This document shows, piece by piece, positions 25,335 to 39,543 of a DNA stretch of 64,000 nucleotides. The stretch spans positions 8,122,001-8,186,000 of the forward strand of contig OZ024763.1 of assembly GCA_964016885.1 (NCBI GenBank), in the 5' to 3' direction. Origin of the DNA: Eledone cirrhosa. Its lineage: Eukaryota. The notes below the pieces were generated by a model. That model saw nothing but the letters and a program-made list of their open reading frames with translations, was not told where the DNA came from and searched no databases. Position numbers and translations under genes: made by a program. How positions within the stretch are numbered: the stretch's first letter is position 1; each line of letters opens with the position of its first letter.

Positions 25335-25620
25335 CGTAGCTCCGAGATCAGAAAGTCACTCCAGGTAGAGCGACTACTTCTTTGAATTGAGATCACAGCT
25401 CTGATACTATGGACATGTGGTTAGAATACCTCAGGAAAGAATCACTGGACAGACTTTACGGGCAAAACCAACTGGCAGGAGTAGACCTTGAGCAAGATGG
25501 TTGGATAACATCCATGAGCTTGGATGATCTCACTTGGGGGGATCCAGCCGGATCAGTTGCTTCTGACAGGACCTGCTGGAAGGAGTGTTTGAGGACTGCC
25601 TCTCCACGACCCTGGGCGAA
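25335..25620 (+). mobile_element. RTE-like LINE 3' fragment
   Basis: Frameshifted ..SQL*YYGHVVRIPQERI..KPTGRSRP..RWLD pattern. Relatives at 40430-40680(-) and in the 63082-63644 array. Confidence 0.6.
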
Positions 25621-25985
25621 GTAGTTTTTGGGATTGTATATGCTTGATATCTTTTATTTTCCGAAAAGATACAGATAGAGAGAGAGTAAATGAGCCTCTA
25701 CAGACCTGCTTCCGTCTAAAAAGGGAAAGACACATTAAATAATGTAGTCCTAGATATGCTAGTCATAACTGGAATGCCTTCTTTTACTGGATCAGGGCTG
25801 ACCTGGAGCTAAATATATTAGCTTCTGCATCCCACTTATGATGACCAAAATTTGGTAGTGGTAGTGGTGTTGGTGGGGACAGGGGAGATCTTACTTGGCA
25901 AGACTCTTATCAATGGAACAATTGCATGATAATAATAATAATAATAATAAATAAAGAATAATATAATAATAAAAACAATACTTAC

Positions 25986-26094
25986 TTTCCACTTCGTAAC
26001 TGCTTTATGTGGTGGAAAACATTTATCGTATCTCTAATCCTTCGAGGACACTCCTCTATTTGGACGCCAGGTTCATACAAGCCATTGCTACTAC
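25986..26094 (-). CDS. CCNL1: Cyclin L coding exon 3 (apparent 1-nt deletion)
   Basis: ttacag|VVAMACMNLASK, then in a shifted frame IEECPRRIRDTINVFHHIKQLRSG(K)|gtaag. The exon is 109 nt where 110 is needed to keep phase with exon 4. Confidence 0.9.
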
Positions 26095-27020
26095 CTGTAA
26101 CAACATAGCAATCACGACTGATTTAGGGATGAAAGCATACAACACTTCCTACAACTACTTCACTGAGGTAACACTCTTTTTTGGGGGAGTTTTGTTGGGG
26201 GTTTTTTGGAGGGGAAGCATTTAAAGGAAAACAAATCCCTGATTTATTACAACAACAATCATTTCTACGTTATAGACACAAGGACACCAATTTATATTGA
26301 CCTCAGTACTTGACAGCCACCTTATTTTATCATGTCTCCAGAAGGATGAAAGACTAAGTTGACACAGCGGAAATTTGAAACCAAAAAAGCAAACCATTTG
26401 GATTATATATACAGGGTGTCCCCCAAAAATGTATACACATGCCAACAGTATTCTAATAAATAATGCATGTACAGGTAATCAAAGTGTGTATACATATTTT
26501 GGGGACACTCTATTTTCCTCTTCCCCTCTTCTTACAATAACAACTCTTCCAGAAATTTCCAATATGGCTAAGTTGTAAGCATATTTAACCCTTTAAGGTT
26601 TCCAATTTAAATTAAAATCTTCCAACATAATTTTATATAAGAACCTCACATTAAGTAAATCCCTTGAAATAGACTGTATTTCATAAGGGTTAATGCAGGG
26701 AGAATTAAGAAAGAATGGCCAAGTTAACCTTGACAAGAATAGGAATAAATACCAAAAGGCATTTCATCCCATATTCTATCTATAATGCTAAGTCCCTATC
26801 CTTATGATAGACAGGGTGTCCTCAAAAAATACACACACATTCAATTGCATGTAAGGCATTATTTAATAGAATGCTGTTGGAGTGTATACATTTTTGGGGG
26901 GCACCCTGTATATATTATTAATTATATAAAAACTTTGGGTAGCAGCAGAGGAAATAAGTTGAAATACTGAAACTGCAGGAGGTAGACTAAATATTACATA
27001 TGTATGCATGTGAGTGAGTG

Positions 27021-27052
<32 letters not shown>

Positions 27053-27388
27053 TATGAGTCACATACCAAACTCTGACAGTGATAAATCTATCAGCAGCAG
27101 AAGGGAAGTGGGTAGGTGAGGTGAATACTCCAAAAATAACCACATACCCAGCCAATCCCAACGGATTCAGAGAAGATATTACATAAAATACACATCACAC
27201 AAGATACAGCAACCAGTTTGTGTGGATGTGGGAAGGGCCCAGCTGAGAGGGGTATCAGCTAAATTCAAACATTCACTGAAATCCGATGAGAAACATAGGC
27301 TAAGAATAATACTATATTTTAACTTCAAAACCACCAACCATTATTTTTACAAATGACATTAAGTACCAATGTTATAACCTTATACACA

Positions 27389-27420
<32 letters not shown>

Positions 27421-30400
27421 ATTAGGTATAAATCGAAGTTGTAGCTGCCATATAGCAGGTAAAATTCGAGTTGTTTGAGGCAATCACAAAGCACTTATTG
27501 GAGCGAGAAGTTAATATATTATCGTCCAGAGCAAACAACAGTTAAAAAGTGACACCAGGAAAAACAAACGAAGGCAGTGGCCATATATATACGACGACGA
27601 TAGCTACAGAAAGGTTATATATATATAGACAACACCCCAGACCCCATTGGCTTAACAAGTGGGATGGAGTTCGTCAAATCGGACAGAGGAAGCAATGTTT
27701 CTATTGGTCTTTCCAATTGCTAATACTATCTATCGGTTGCAAATCCAGGAAGGAGGAGCAACGTGAAATAAAGTGCCTTGCTGAAAGACGCAATGCATCA
27801 CCTGGCCTGGGAACCAAACTCACGATTGTGAATCCCATCCTCCAACCACTCACCTTCACAACTATATATATACTCCTCTGCAAGATCGGAACGTCAGCAG
27901 CCCTGCGAGGTGGGGTGGCGTTGTCTCATTGTTCATGAAAATGCTTTTGCGATCTTGTCTGCAGGGCACAGCCGTGCCTTAAGCCCAGAACCCATCTTCC
28001 TTTCGCCTGTAACCCCAGGGTCCTTGCTTTTCCTCTCATTTATGGCTTTCATAGTCCTTTCCTCTTCTTTCCCTACTCCTTCCCCATTTGTGTAACACTT
28101 CTGGGAGTTAAACAGACAAAAGAATTCTTGATTATTTTCAAAACCCACTCGAAAATTGTGTGGTGTCTTTTCATGAGTAACATAGAAACAAAAATGTCTT
28201 TTGTTTCATTTTCCCCGTCAACTGATAATGGTCTTGGCCCCAAGGTTTCCTGGATATAGAAATCTAAGCTACTGCACTTTGTAAAGTCACGGACAGAACC
28301 AGGTCATTGACATTAAAATCTAAAATAGTACAGCCAAGACCATCCCAATCATATAGAGAAGGTCAGAGAGAGAATATACAAGCTGTCAATATAATTTGTT
28401 CACTATACAATTGGAAAAAAGAATAGCTCGTATTTTTACCACACATCAACACCAACTAGAAACATGGCCCCAGCTTTTATTTATATATATATAGGTTCAC
28501 TTGTATCATTGTAAAACAACACCTCCTTCTATTCTTGTGACCCTAGAGTGCTTGCCTTTCCATCTCTTTTTAAAAATATTAATAAAATAAAAGGTATCCC
28601 CCAAAAATATAAACACTTCAGCAGCATTATATAAATATTGCTTGTACAGGTAATCAAATTGTGTATACATTTTTTGGGACACCCTGTATGTTTAAATATT
28701 AGACATCTCATTCGAAATTAAAACTAAATGCGACAACAACAATGTGATGGAGAGATAGACTGATTCTAACACGGAACGAAACTCCCATCATCGGCCATTA
28801 TTAAACATAAGGTTATAAGTGGAGGACGGTTTTTTTACAGATAGAAGAGGGACACAGCATTTGAAGAGATACATAAGTAACACTGTTATATATATATATA
28901 AACACAATCTTTAGCGATCTCTCTTCGGAGTTTGGTCTTCGTAATTATTATTACTACACAACATTATTTAACGTCCATTTTTCACAGGACCCACTACATA
29001 TATCCCGACAAGGATCTTCAACGTCTCTACCTATTAATTACAAGTACGGCACAAGAAAAGGGTATGGGGGGGGGGGCGTTTTAAAAGAAACCGTCTAAAA
29101 CAGACTTAAAAACCAACGACAATAATATATATACACTATGACAATAAAATATATCTAAATCAACATTCCTTGAACGACCTAAAATATATTTAAACACAGA
29201 CACACACATATATTGTTGAGTGCTTTATATCAGTTATAAAAATATTTTGCTTGTTGTATCCCAACAAATTAAATATAACCTCTACATATATATATATTCA
29301 CTCACATATGTCCATGAGAAGTAAGAGGAGGAGGAAAAGGAATAAAGAAGGAGCAATGGCCGCCTCCCGCACCACCAGAAAAGTCTGTTAAAACATGACA
29401 AAAATATTCGTAGATTTAAATAAAATATTCCAGGTCATTACGACAGATTTAGAAACAATTTAGTTTTTTTCACAACAAATATTAACTAAATATTACCATT
29501 TTTAAAACTAAATCGTAATTAAGAAATCCGAACACAAAATAGAAATATTTCAATTAGGATAATTCAAAATTTTTTCGAACAAGAAACGGAGTAAGGTGCT
29601 CGACCTACTAGAAATAGCAGTCACATTCCCCCTCCTCAGACAAGCTGTCTTAATTAACTGAACGATATATTAGATAATGTATCCATAATTAATTATATAA
29701 TTAAGAAAATATTCGTAGATTTAAATAAACTATTTCAGGTTATTACGACAGATGTGGAAACAATCTGATTTTCTCCAAATATTAACTAATTTACCATTTT
29801 TTAAACTACTTAAAACTAAATCGTAATTAAGAAATCCTCACACAAAATAAAAAATATTTTAATTAGGGTAATTCAATTTTTTTTCGTACGAGAAACACGA
29901 ACTAACGAAGGAGCAACTAAGGTGCTCGCTCGACCTACTAGAAATAGCAGTCAAATTTCCCTCCTCATATAAACCATCTTAAATAACTGAACGAAACAAT
30001 AGACAATGTAGTAATAATTTATATACAAATAAAGAAAGTTGTTCAACGATTAAAATATTTCTGATCCAATATATGCTCGATCAGGGCCCCCAAAACCCCA
30101 CTAGGAACCCAGATTACGAATAATTTCTTCATCAGTTATAATTAAAACCTGTAGATGAAGGGCACCGTGGTTAACATTCCTAAACATATTATATAAATAT
30201 ATCATGTGTATATTATATAATATTATGAAAGAATTATATAAGTTGTGGAGAATATGTTTATTAAACCAGTCTTTTTTAAAATCGTGATTAAACCTGAATT
30301 CATATTATATTATATAGTGTCCCCCCAAAATGTATACACAATTTGATCTGTACAGGCAATATTTATTAGAATACTGAAGTATATATACATTTTTGAGGGA

Positions 30401-30500
30401 ACACCCTGTATATATAATCATATATATAAACACAAAATTATAAAAAAAAAGAAAGAGAAACGAGAGAGAGGTGAAAAAAGAGAAATATTTTCACACTAAC

Positions 30501-30575
30501 CTCCATGTTGTGTTTCACAAAAGACTTGGAATAATAAAACCTCTGGAATAACACCTGTCCTGTCGCCATTGCAAC
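30501..30575 (-). CDS. CCNL1: Cyclin L coding exon 2
   Basis: ttccaccag|[25 protein letters not shown]|gttagt, 75 nt, a classic cyclin L motif. Confidence 0.95.
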
Positions 30576-31335
30576 CTGGTGGAAGAGAGAGGGGACAACT
30601 TGTTAGTGGTGATGGTCATGGTTGGTACATATAAGGGGATATATGGTTATATATATATCTTTACTAACACAAGACCAACAGTTTGTAGAGAGGAGAGAAG
30701 TAATGGGTTTATTTTTAAGGGCTGTCTCACCACCATCTCATTATATGGTAACTGTAGAGCAGTGGTTACTAAAGAGGGTTCTATGGAACCCAAGGGTTTC
30801 GTGAAAAAAAGGTAGAGGAGTATATTTATATTACGACCATATAACAGAACAGTATTAGACTTTGGGGTCCCCACAAAAGTTTCAGAACCAAAAATGGGTT
30901 CCGAGTATGAAATAGTTCGGGAAACTATCGTAGAGCAACTTGATCTGGGGTTAGATTTTATTAAAGTGGTGATGGTCATGGTTGGTAGATATAAGGACAT
31001 TTAAGGTATATATATCTTTCCTAACACTGGTACAAGACCAGCCAGAAAATTGTGGGAAGTAAGAAGAAAGTCATGGTATTTGTTAAAGGAATATCTATAT
31101 AGATCACTCCACCATCTCAATCTGGGCTTATATTTTATTAAAGTGGTGATGGTCATGGTTGGTAAATACAGGGGTATATAGTTATATATATATATCATTC
31201 TAACACTGGCACAAGACCAACAAGGAATCTCTATACATAGATCACACCACCATCTCAATATATGGCAATCTAGGCTTATATTTTATTAAAGTGGTGATGG
31301 TCAAAACTGGTAGATATAGGGGTATATCATCACCA

Positions 31336-31660
31336 TTCATTCATCATTTTACATCTGCTTTTCCCTGCTTGCAAGGGTGGGATGGGAACTGACACTGGCT
31401 TGATTTCTACAGCTGGATGCCCTTCCTAACACCAACCTCATTTACAGTGAGTGCTGGGTGCTTTTTTGCCGTGGCACCTCCACGACCACTTTGCAGTGGA
31501 ATGATAGGGACCCCAGTCCCTATCATCTCATTTCTACAGCTGAGTAAACTGGAGCAATGTGAAATAAAGTGTCTTGCTCAAGGAAACACCCGGTCTGAGA
31601 ACTGAACTCACAACCTTTCGATTGCAATCCCAATGCTCTAACCACTAAGCCATGTGCCTC
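31336..31660 (-). mobile_element. tRNA/CORE-like SINE copy
   Basis: Nearly identical to 3724-4047. Confidence 0.8.
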
Positions 31661-32207
31661 CTATATGGTTATATATATCCCTTATCTAACATTAGTACAA
31701 GACTAGCAAGGAATATATATATAGATCACAGCACCATCTTATATGGTAACTGTAGAGTATCTCTGATCTGGGGTTATATTAGGTGATGGTCATGGTTGGT
31801 ATATATAGTTATATATATATCACCCCACCATCTCATAATATGGTAACTGTAGAGTAACTCTGATCTGGGGTGAGATTTAATTAGCCAAAGGAGAAAGGGG
31901 AAAAACAACATTAATTTACCGTAATTAGTTCTTTTCTAAATGTGATTTGTAAATATCTAACGTCATTAAAGAGGGGAACATTTGTTAATTACATAAAATA
32001 ATTAAAGCTGGTAGTTAGGTACTCTGGGGTCCCAAATAATAGAGGGGAAGTGCTGGACATTTGCTTAAATTATTATGGGGGGGGGGGGCAATTATTCGAG
32101 ATCTGGGAGTATGTAATGTTTTTGTGGGACGGAATCTGAAGTAGAATTTGTGGCAAGAAAGAGGGCCGTAGCAACACACACACATATGAAAAGAATATTT
32201 CTCTAAA

Positions 32208-32270
32208 GAGAACGGGGGTTTGAACCAGGGACTTTTAGATCTTCAGTCTAACGATATCCCAGCTGAGCTA
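32208..32270 (-). pseudogene. tRNA-Phe(GAA) pseudogene
   Basis: Minus strand TAGCTCAGCTGGGATATCGTTAGACTGAAGATCTAAAAGTCCCTGGTTCAAACCCCCG closely follows eukaryotic tRNA-Phe D, anticodon and T arms. Acceptor stem lost. Confidence 0.8.
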
Positions 32271-32677
32271 CATATATATGTGTGTGTGTGTGTGTGTGTA
32301 ACCGGGAGTGGGGTTAGACACACCAGATATGGAGAAGAGGAGTTAGAAACACCTGATGAGGCATCCGATCCAGAGAGGGAGAAGGAAAGAGAGAGATCTG
32401 ATCTGATTTAGGACAGACAAAAGAATAATATATATATATATATATATATCTCCCTCAAGGATATATATATGAGAGAAAAACATTAGATCTCACGTGGAGA
32501 GACATTTAAAAGTGATCTGAATAAAGTGTGAGATAATAACAAAAAGAGAGAGAGAGAGAGAGACTGTAGTGTGTGAACCAGGAAATATATGACTAATACA
32601 TATATACAGAGGGTGTTCCAAAAAATGTATACACTTCAACAGCATTCTAATCGAAGTGTGTACATTTCGGGACACCT

Positions 32678-32741
<64 letters not shown>

Positions 32742-32979
32742 GGAGTGGAATGGAACAGACATAAATTCAACCATTTCCTCATTCTATGGATCACTAAGTT
32801 CGTATTATTAAAATTCGAACCCAGCTCGCCAGAATGGACACTTAACATACCCAGGGGTTTCCATATTAAACCCTTTTCTCTGTACTCAACCTATCTTTAT
32901 TCACATATAAAATATATCTATCTCAACTTCCACACTTCTCCACCTTATAACTTCCATCTCTTTGTTACTGTTTAATAGA

Positions 32980-34495
32980 CACACACCACCACATGTGTAG
33001 GACTATATCTACACACCACCACATGTGTGTAGGACTATCTCTACACACCACCACATGTGTAAGACTATATCTACACACCACCATGTGTAGGCCCATGTCT
33101 ACACAGCACACACACATATGTAAGACTATACCTCTACACACACATACATGTAGGACTATACCTCTACATACCACACATACATGTAGGCCTATACCTCTAC
33201 ATACCACACATAAATGTAGGCCTATACCTCTACATACCACACACATACATGTAGGACTATACCTCTACACCACATACATGTAGGACTATACCTCTACACC
33301 ACGCACATACATGTAGGACTATACCTCTACATACCACATATACATGTAGGACTATACCTCTACATAGCACACATACATGTAGGACTATACCTCTACATAC
33401 CACACATACATGTAGGCCTATACCTCTACATACCACATACATGTAGGCCTATACCTCTACACACATACATGTAGGACTATACCTCTACATAGCACACATA
33501 CATGTAGGACTATACCTCTACATACCACACATACATGTAGGACTATACCTCTACATACCACATACATGTAGGCCTATACCTCTACATACCACACATACAT
33601 GTAGGACTATACCTCTACACCACATACATGTAGGCCTATACCTCTACACCACACATACATGTAGGACTATACCTCTACACCACACATACATGTAGGACTA
33701 TACCTCTACACACACATACATGTAGGCCTATACCTCTACATAGCACACATACATGTAGGACTATACCTCTACATACCACATACATGTATGACTATACCTC
33801 TACATACCACATACATGTAGGACTATACCTCTACATACCACATACATGTAGGCCTATACCTCTACATACCACACATACATGTAGGACTATACCTCTACAC
33901 CACACATACATGTAGGACTATATCTCTACATACCACACATACATGTAGGACTATACCTCTACACCACACATACATGTAGGACTATACTTCTACATACCAC
34001 ACATACATGTAGGCCTATACCTCTACATACCACACATACATGTAGGACTATACCTCTACACCACACATACATGTAGGACTATACCTCTACACACCACATA
34101 CATGTAGGACTATACCTCTACATACCACATACATGTAGGCCTATACCTCTACATACCACATACATGTAGGCCTATACCTTTACATACCACATACATGTAG
34201 GCCTATACCTTTACATACCACATACATGTAGGCCTATACCTCTACATCACACACATACATGTAGGACTATACCTTTACACCACACATACATGTAGGACTA
34301 TACCTCTACATACCACATACATGTAGGCCTATACCTCTACATACCACATACATGTAGGCCTATACCTCTACATACCACATACATGTAGGCCTATACCTCT
34401 ACATACCACACATACATGTAGGACTATACCTCTACACCACACACACATGTAGGACTATATCTCTACACATCACATACACATGTAGGCCTGTCTCT
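32980..34495. repeat. About 26-30-bp minisatellite (cyclin L intron 1)
   Basis: CACATACATGTAGG(A/C)CTATACCTCTACA(TAC) repeated roughly 50 times. Confidence 0.95.
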
Positions 34496-34539
34496 CTACT
34501 TTTCAGTTTCACACACAATGTGAGAGATCATTTATGAAA

Positions 34540-34639
34540 CATGGAATAAATGATGAAACAGTATGTTAAAGTTGATACATCAGAGACATGGATCAAGATA
34601 TTGACTTAAATAGACTAAAAAGGTGCAATCAAGACAAGC

Positions 34640-34674
<35 letters not shown>

Positions 34675-34880
34675 CCATGTGTGTGAGAAATTATTTAAGA
34701 CAATGTGAAGGAAAGACATTAAAATAAATCTAGAAAGTGCTAGTGTGTTAAAGATGAGACATAGATATGTTTTTATATATAAATCAAGGTAACAGATTGA
34801 TTAAATATACAAGAAATTAGCAATCAAAATAGAGACATGAGAGAAAAATTTACATCATGTGTGTGATTCTTTATGGAGAG

Positions 34881-34923
<43 letters not shown>

Positions 34924-35650
34924 GGAAATTATTTATGAAACATGGAATAAGTGATGGAAAGATCGAGTATGTTAAAGTTGAGATATATATATATATATAT
35001 TTAGATATAAATCAAGATAAAAGAGTGAATAAATAGACAAGAAAAATGAACAATCAAGACAGACATGAGAGGAAAATTTACATCATGTGAGAGATGGTTT
35101 GAGACAGGAATATGTGATGGAAATACAGGAAAATATTTATGAAAGACGATAAAATAAATCTAGAAAGATCGTGTATATTAAAGAAGAGACATCTAGATAT
35201 GTTTTTATATATAAATCAAGGTAATAAATTCAGTAAATAGACAAGAAAAAATGGAATCAAGACATGAGAGATGAGAGGAAACATATCATGTGTGTGTGAA
35301 GGAGTATTTATGGAGAGGAATATGTGATGGAAAGGCGGTAAAATAAATCTAGAAAGATCATCTATGTTAAAGAAGAGAAATCTTGATATATTTTTATATA
35401 TCAATCAAGATCATAGATTCAGTAAATATACAAGAAAAAGTGGAATCAAGACATGAGAGGAAATATATAATCATGTGTGTGTGAAGGAGTATTTATGGAG
35501 GAATATGTGATGGAAATACGGTAAAATAAATCTAGAAAGATCGTGTATGTTAAAGAAGAGACATCTAGAGATATTTTTATATATAAATCAAGGTAATAAA
35601 TTAAATAAATAGACAAGAAAATGGGCAATCAAGACAGGAAAGATGAGAGA
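34540..35650. repeat. Degenerate tandem repeat of about 185 bp
   Basis: AATAAATCTAGAAAGATCGTGTATGTTAAAGAAGAGACATCTAGA blocks recur about 5 times. Confidence 0.7.
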
Positions 35651-35673
35651 AAAATGTTTGAGAGAGAAAAATC

Positions 35674-35683
35674 CAAAATGGCG
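35674..35683 (+). promoter_or_regulatory. YY1-type motif just inside cyclin L intron 1
   Basis: CAAAATGGCG matches AANATGGCG, about 12 nt into intron 1, in otherwise CpG-poor DNA. Confidence 0.4.
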
Positions 35684-35695
35684 TCGGCCACCTAC

Positions 35696-35905
35696 CTGAG
35701 GTAACTTCAACAAGATACCAGCAGTCTGAATCATTTCACAGCCGATTATACGTAAATCTATTTCTACTTCATAAGCTAAACCATCTTGCATTGATGGAGT
35801 TGGTGACAATCTTTCTGGTGGTAATAATATATTTTCTAAAGTAATCACTACTTTGCTAAAAGTACGATGAGAAGAAGAAGACTCGACCTGTTTGTTCTCC
35901 GACAT
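35696..35905 (-). CDS. CCNL1: Cyclin L (CCNL1/CCNL2 orthologue), coding exon 1
   Basis: ATG at 35905. MSENKQ...LENILLPPERLSPTPSMQDGLAYEVEIDLRIIGCEMIQTAGILLKLPQ matches the cyclin L N-terminal cyclin box. Donor CAG|gtagg, 210 nt, phase 0. Confidence 0.95.
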
Positions 35906-37935
35906 TTTGACTAGGAGCTTACAGTGTCGTCTCTTTCTGGAATTACTTACTCACTCTTACTCTTTCTACACTTACTCATGATTCTATTACTCTTTCTAGT
36001 GCTACTGACACTATTACTCATTCACTCACTTTCTGACATTTACTCTTTCACTCACTTACTCTCCCACTCCCTTGCTTATTCACTTAATCTCCCTCTTACT
36101 CATTCACTCACTTATTCTCCCCTCCCTTGTTTATTCACTTAACCTCCCTCTTATTCTCCCCCACCCTTGCTTACGTAGTTAATCTTTCTCTCTCCCTCCC
36201 TTGCTTATTTAGTTAATCTTTCTATCCCTCCCTTCGTTTTACTAACTCTTACTTTTCCTCTTCCTCTCACTTAATCACACCCTTACTGACGCTCTAACTT
36301 TTTCACTCATTTATCCTCTGTTACTGACTCTTATTCTTTCACCCCTCCCTTGCTTATTGACCTAATCTCCCTTTTACTCTTTCGTGTTACTGACTCTTAC
36401 ACTTTCACTTAATTACTCTCTGCCCCTCTCTTGCTTATATACTTAATTTCTCTCTTACTGATTCTTACACTTTCACTCACTACTCTCTCTCTCTCTCCTC
36501 CCTTACTAACTCTCAAGCCTCTTTCTATACTCTCAATACAACTTATAACAATTTAATATATTCCTCCGCCGTTTTTAATATATACAATTATAATGTAACA
36601 TTCATTTGTTCAACATTCTTTCTCTCGCCCCCCCCCCCACATAAATATATATGCGTTATATGAAACAATTGTCTTACTGGCGTATATTAAAAAAATGTCT
36701 CCAGGTTAAATTACTTTATGGTATCGGACTGAAACATTCATTCAATTTGTTTAATTTACAATTCATTGCAAAAAAAAAAAACAGACGTTTAGGTAACATT
36801 TTTATTTCGTTATTGTTTTTGTTTATATAATATTTAAAAGATCGGACAGGGAGAAAAAAATAATGGGATTTTTTTTCTCACTGCGGAGGAAAAACGTAAT
36901 TAAGAAGAGATGTGTGACCATGTGGCTGATGAGTGAAAGAAAGAGAAAGGAGGAGGGGAAAGACTGAAGTAGTAGTAATAGTGGTAGTAATCGTAGTAGT
37001 AGTTGTAGTGAGAGGGAAATGAACATTTATAGAAAGACTAATGAAGTAGATATAGTGGTAGTGTGAGTGAAAAGAAGGGGAGGTGAGAAAAATACCGGAA
37101 GTAGTAGTGGTCGTAGTAACAGTGTTGGTAGTGTGAGGTGGAAAAGAAGGGGAGGAGAAAACGTAGAAAGATTGAAGAGGTAGTAGCTATAGTAGAGGTG
37201 GTGATGTGAGGGAAAAGAAACATTTATAGAAAGACTAAAGAGGTAGCAGCTATAGTAGTGGTGTGAGGGAAAAGAAGATGAGGTAATGATAGCAACGGAA
37301 GTAGTAGTAATTGTAGTGGTAGTAGCTATAGTAGTGTGAGGGAAAAAGAAAGGGAGATAAGGAACAGAAAAAGTAGTAGTAGTGGTGGTGGTAGTAGCTG
37401 CGAGGGGGGGGGGGGGGGATATAAGGGGAGGTAAGGCAAGGAACAAAACGGAAAATGTAGTAGTGGAGATAGTAGCTATAATGGTGGTGTGAGGGGGAAA
37501 TAAGGGGAGGTAATGCAGGGAAAGGAAGATTGATAATGATATTAGTAGTAGAAGAATGGTGAAAGATTTGAATTACAAACAATAATTGTGATGCTGCTTG
37601 CTCTGGTCTAACTAACATGGTGTGTGTGTGTGAGCCTGTCACTGCCACGTTGCTTATTCCACACAGTTCGGCTACAGCTTAGCCAAAATTCCATGTCTAG
37701 CAACAACAACTACTTACTGACAGAATAAAAAAAAACTACCAGCACAGTACTCGCCTTATTGTCTCTTCATAATAACTGTAGCTGCTCCTCTTAACGAAAC
37801 TTTATATATATATATATACATATATATATACATGATAAATTTGTACACACATTGATATATGTATATATCTAGATATATATATTAACTGGCTACATAAATT
37901 TATATACATATATTGATATATATATATATATATAT

Positions 37936-37990
37936 TGATGATTTCTAAAGAATGAAACAGTTCTAGTCCTGTAGAATCTCATCTATATTA
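37936..37990 (+). repeat. 5'-truncated family A hammerhead copy within (TA)n
   Basis: TGATGA-T[TTC taaa GAA]T-GAAACAGttctagtcCTGTAGAATCTC. C3 and the 5' arm of stem I are replaced by microsatellite. Confidence 0.6.
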
Positions 37991-38695
37991 TATATTTATA
38001 TATTGATATATATATATATATATATATATTAATATATATATATATCAATATATGTATTGATATATATATACATATATATATATATTAACTGGGTGCACAT
38101 ATAATATATATATATATATATATAAATTATTATTTACATATATATGTATATCTATTATATGTGTATGTGAATTAAAATAATATATATTGACCGGGTACAT
38201 ATACATATATCTCTCTATGTATATATATGGTTGTGTACTGTATGTATATGTACCCACTTAATATACCTGCTTAGAAACCGTTCTCGCGATATATAACAAC
38301 ACAAAACAACCACCACAACTTCGACCGGGACAATCACAAACACACACAGCAACATCTAACTAATATCTGTGTCGTCATCGCTGTCTCATACACGCACACA
38401 CACCCATATATATATACATAGACACCCATATATATATTATACACACACACACCCTAAATGTATATATATATATAAATCTGTGAAATCATACACAAACGCT
38501 AACATGTTGCTAACTAAACTACATGGCATTATAATGACTAAGAAAGCTCTAGTGTACCTAACAACCAGAGATAACAACAACCACCCCCACCACAACATTA
38601 AAGACCACACTGACCAGAGCACAACAGCCCTTCAAGGCTGGTCGTGGTGGTGGCCGTCGGGGTCGGGTTTTTCGGCTCACAGGACCAACAGTAGT

Positions 38696-38952
38696 ATGAC
38701 AACGAGCATGTTGTTGGTCCTCGTTCTGGTGACCAGTTGGTGCTTGTCCAGCTGCCAGGTTACAGCCAAATCTTTCAACGTGGACACTGTAGACAACCTA
38801 GCCGTGCCCGACCACTTGGAAGGTGTGAAAATGGAACAAGACGGTCATTTAAACCAGAGATTCCGACAAGAGGTTTTTATGGGAGATCTGGAAGATTTGG
38901 ACGAGATGTCTTACGAAGATCGTCGAGCAAAACTTGATGAAGTTTTCAAGAA
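38696..38952 (+). CDS. SDF4: 45 kDa calcium-binding protein Cab45 (SDF4), first coding exon
   Basis: Signal-peptide-like [20 protein letters not shown] followed by [26 protein letters not shown], the Cab45 N-terminal signature. Donor AA|gtatgt. Start codon uncertain (another in-frame ATG at 38504). Confidence 0.9.
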
Positions 38953-39129
38953 GTATGTTGTTGTTATTTTTATTGTTCTTATTGTTGTTTTAACTCCCAT
39001 GACAGAGTTTGACCATCCAATGTTATATTATCTAAATATATTCTGGGCTTTAGTAACCCATAATGACAGGGCTCCCAAACTTTCGGGTAGTTTTTTGGTT
39101 TTGTTTTGTTGTATCGAGACCCCTCTAGC

Positions 39130-39430
39130 CAGGGCCGGATTTAATGGAGGGTAATTGCCTAGGGTCCCCTCTGCAGTGGGAGGGGGGGGCACCAGCGACG
39201 GCCGTAGCAATTTATTTATGCCCTCATCGGGCTTTTTAGTTTTAGGATAGGTTAGAATTTTTAAATTTAACACCTGTATGTATAATTTTCAATTTCAATT
39301 ACTTGCACCAAGCTAACTTTGATATGTAAAATGGCAGGGGGGGGGGGGGGCTATTTATTCTAATTTTTTGTGTATGAGGGGCTTCCCCCAAACCTGAATT
39401 GCCCCCCCCCCCGGTCTAAATCCAGCCCTG
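39130..39430. mobile_element. hAT-like MITE
   Basis: Termini CAGGGCCGGATTTA / TAAATCCAGCCCTG. Related partial copy at about 6166-6380. No clear TSD. Confidence 0.55.
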
Positions 39431-39512
39431 GTTTGGGGTAGAGGGATGCCACTGGTTATATAGTGGTGTAGGTGATAGTACTGTGGTAGTAGTGTTTCAT
39501 CATTGGTGGTGA

Positions 39513-39543
<31 letters not shown>

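Noticed and set aside
32352-32385. CTGATGAGGC as another hammerhead (also CTGAAGAG near 2306)
   Set aside because: At 32352 no GAAA-stem III-UH follows. Near 2306 a GAAAC is present but stems I-III do not form.
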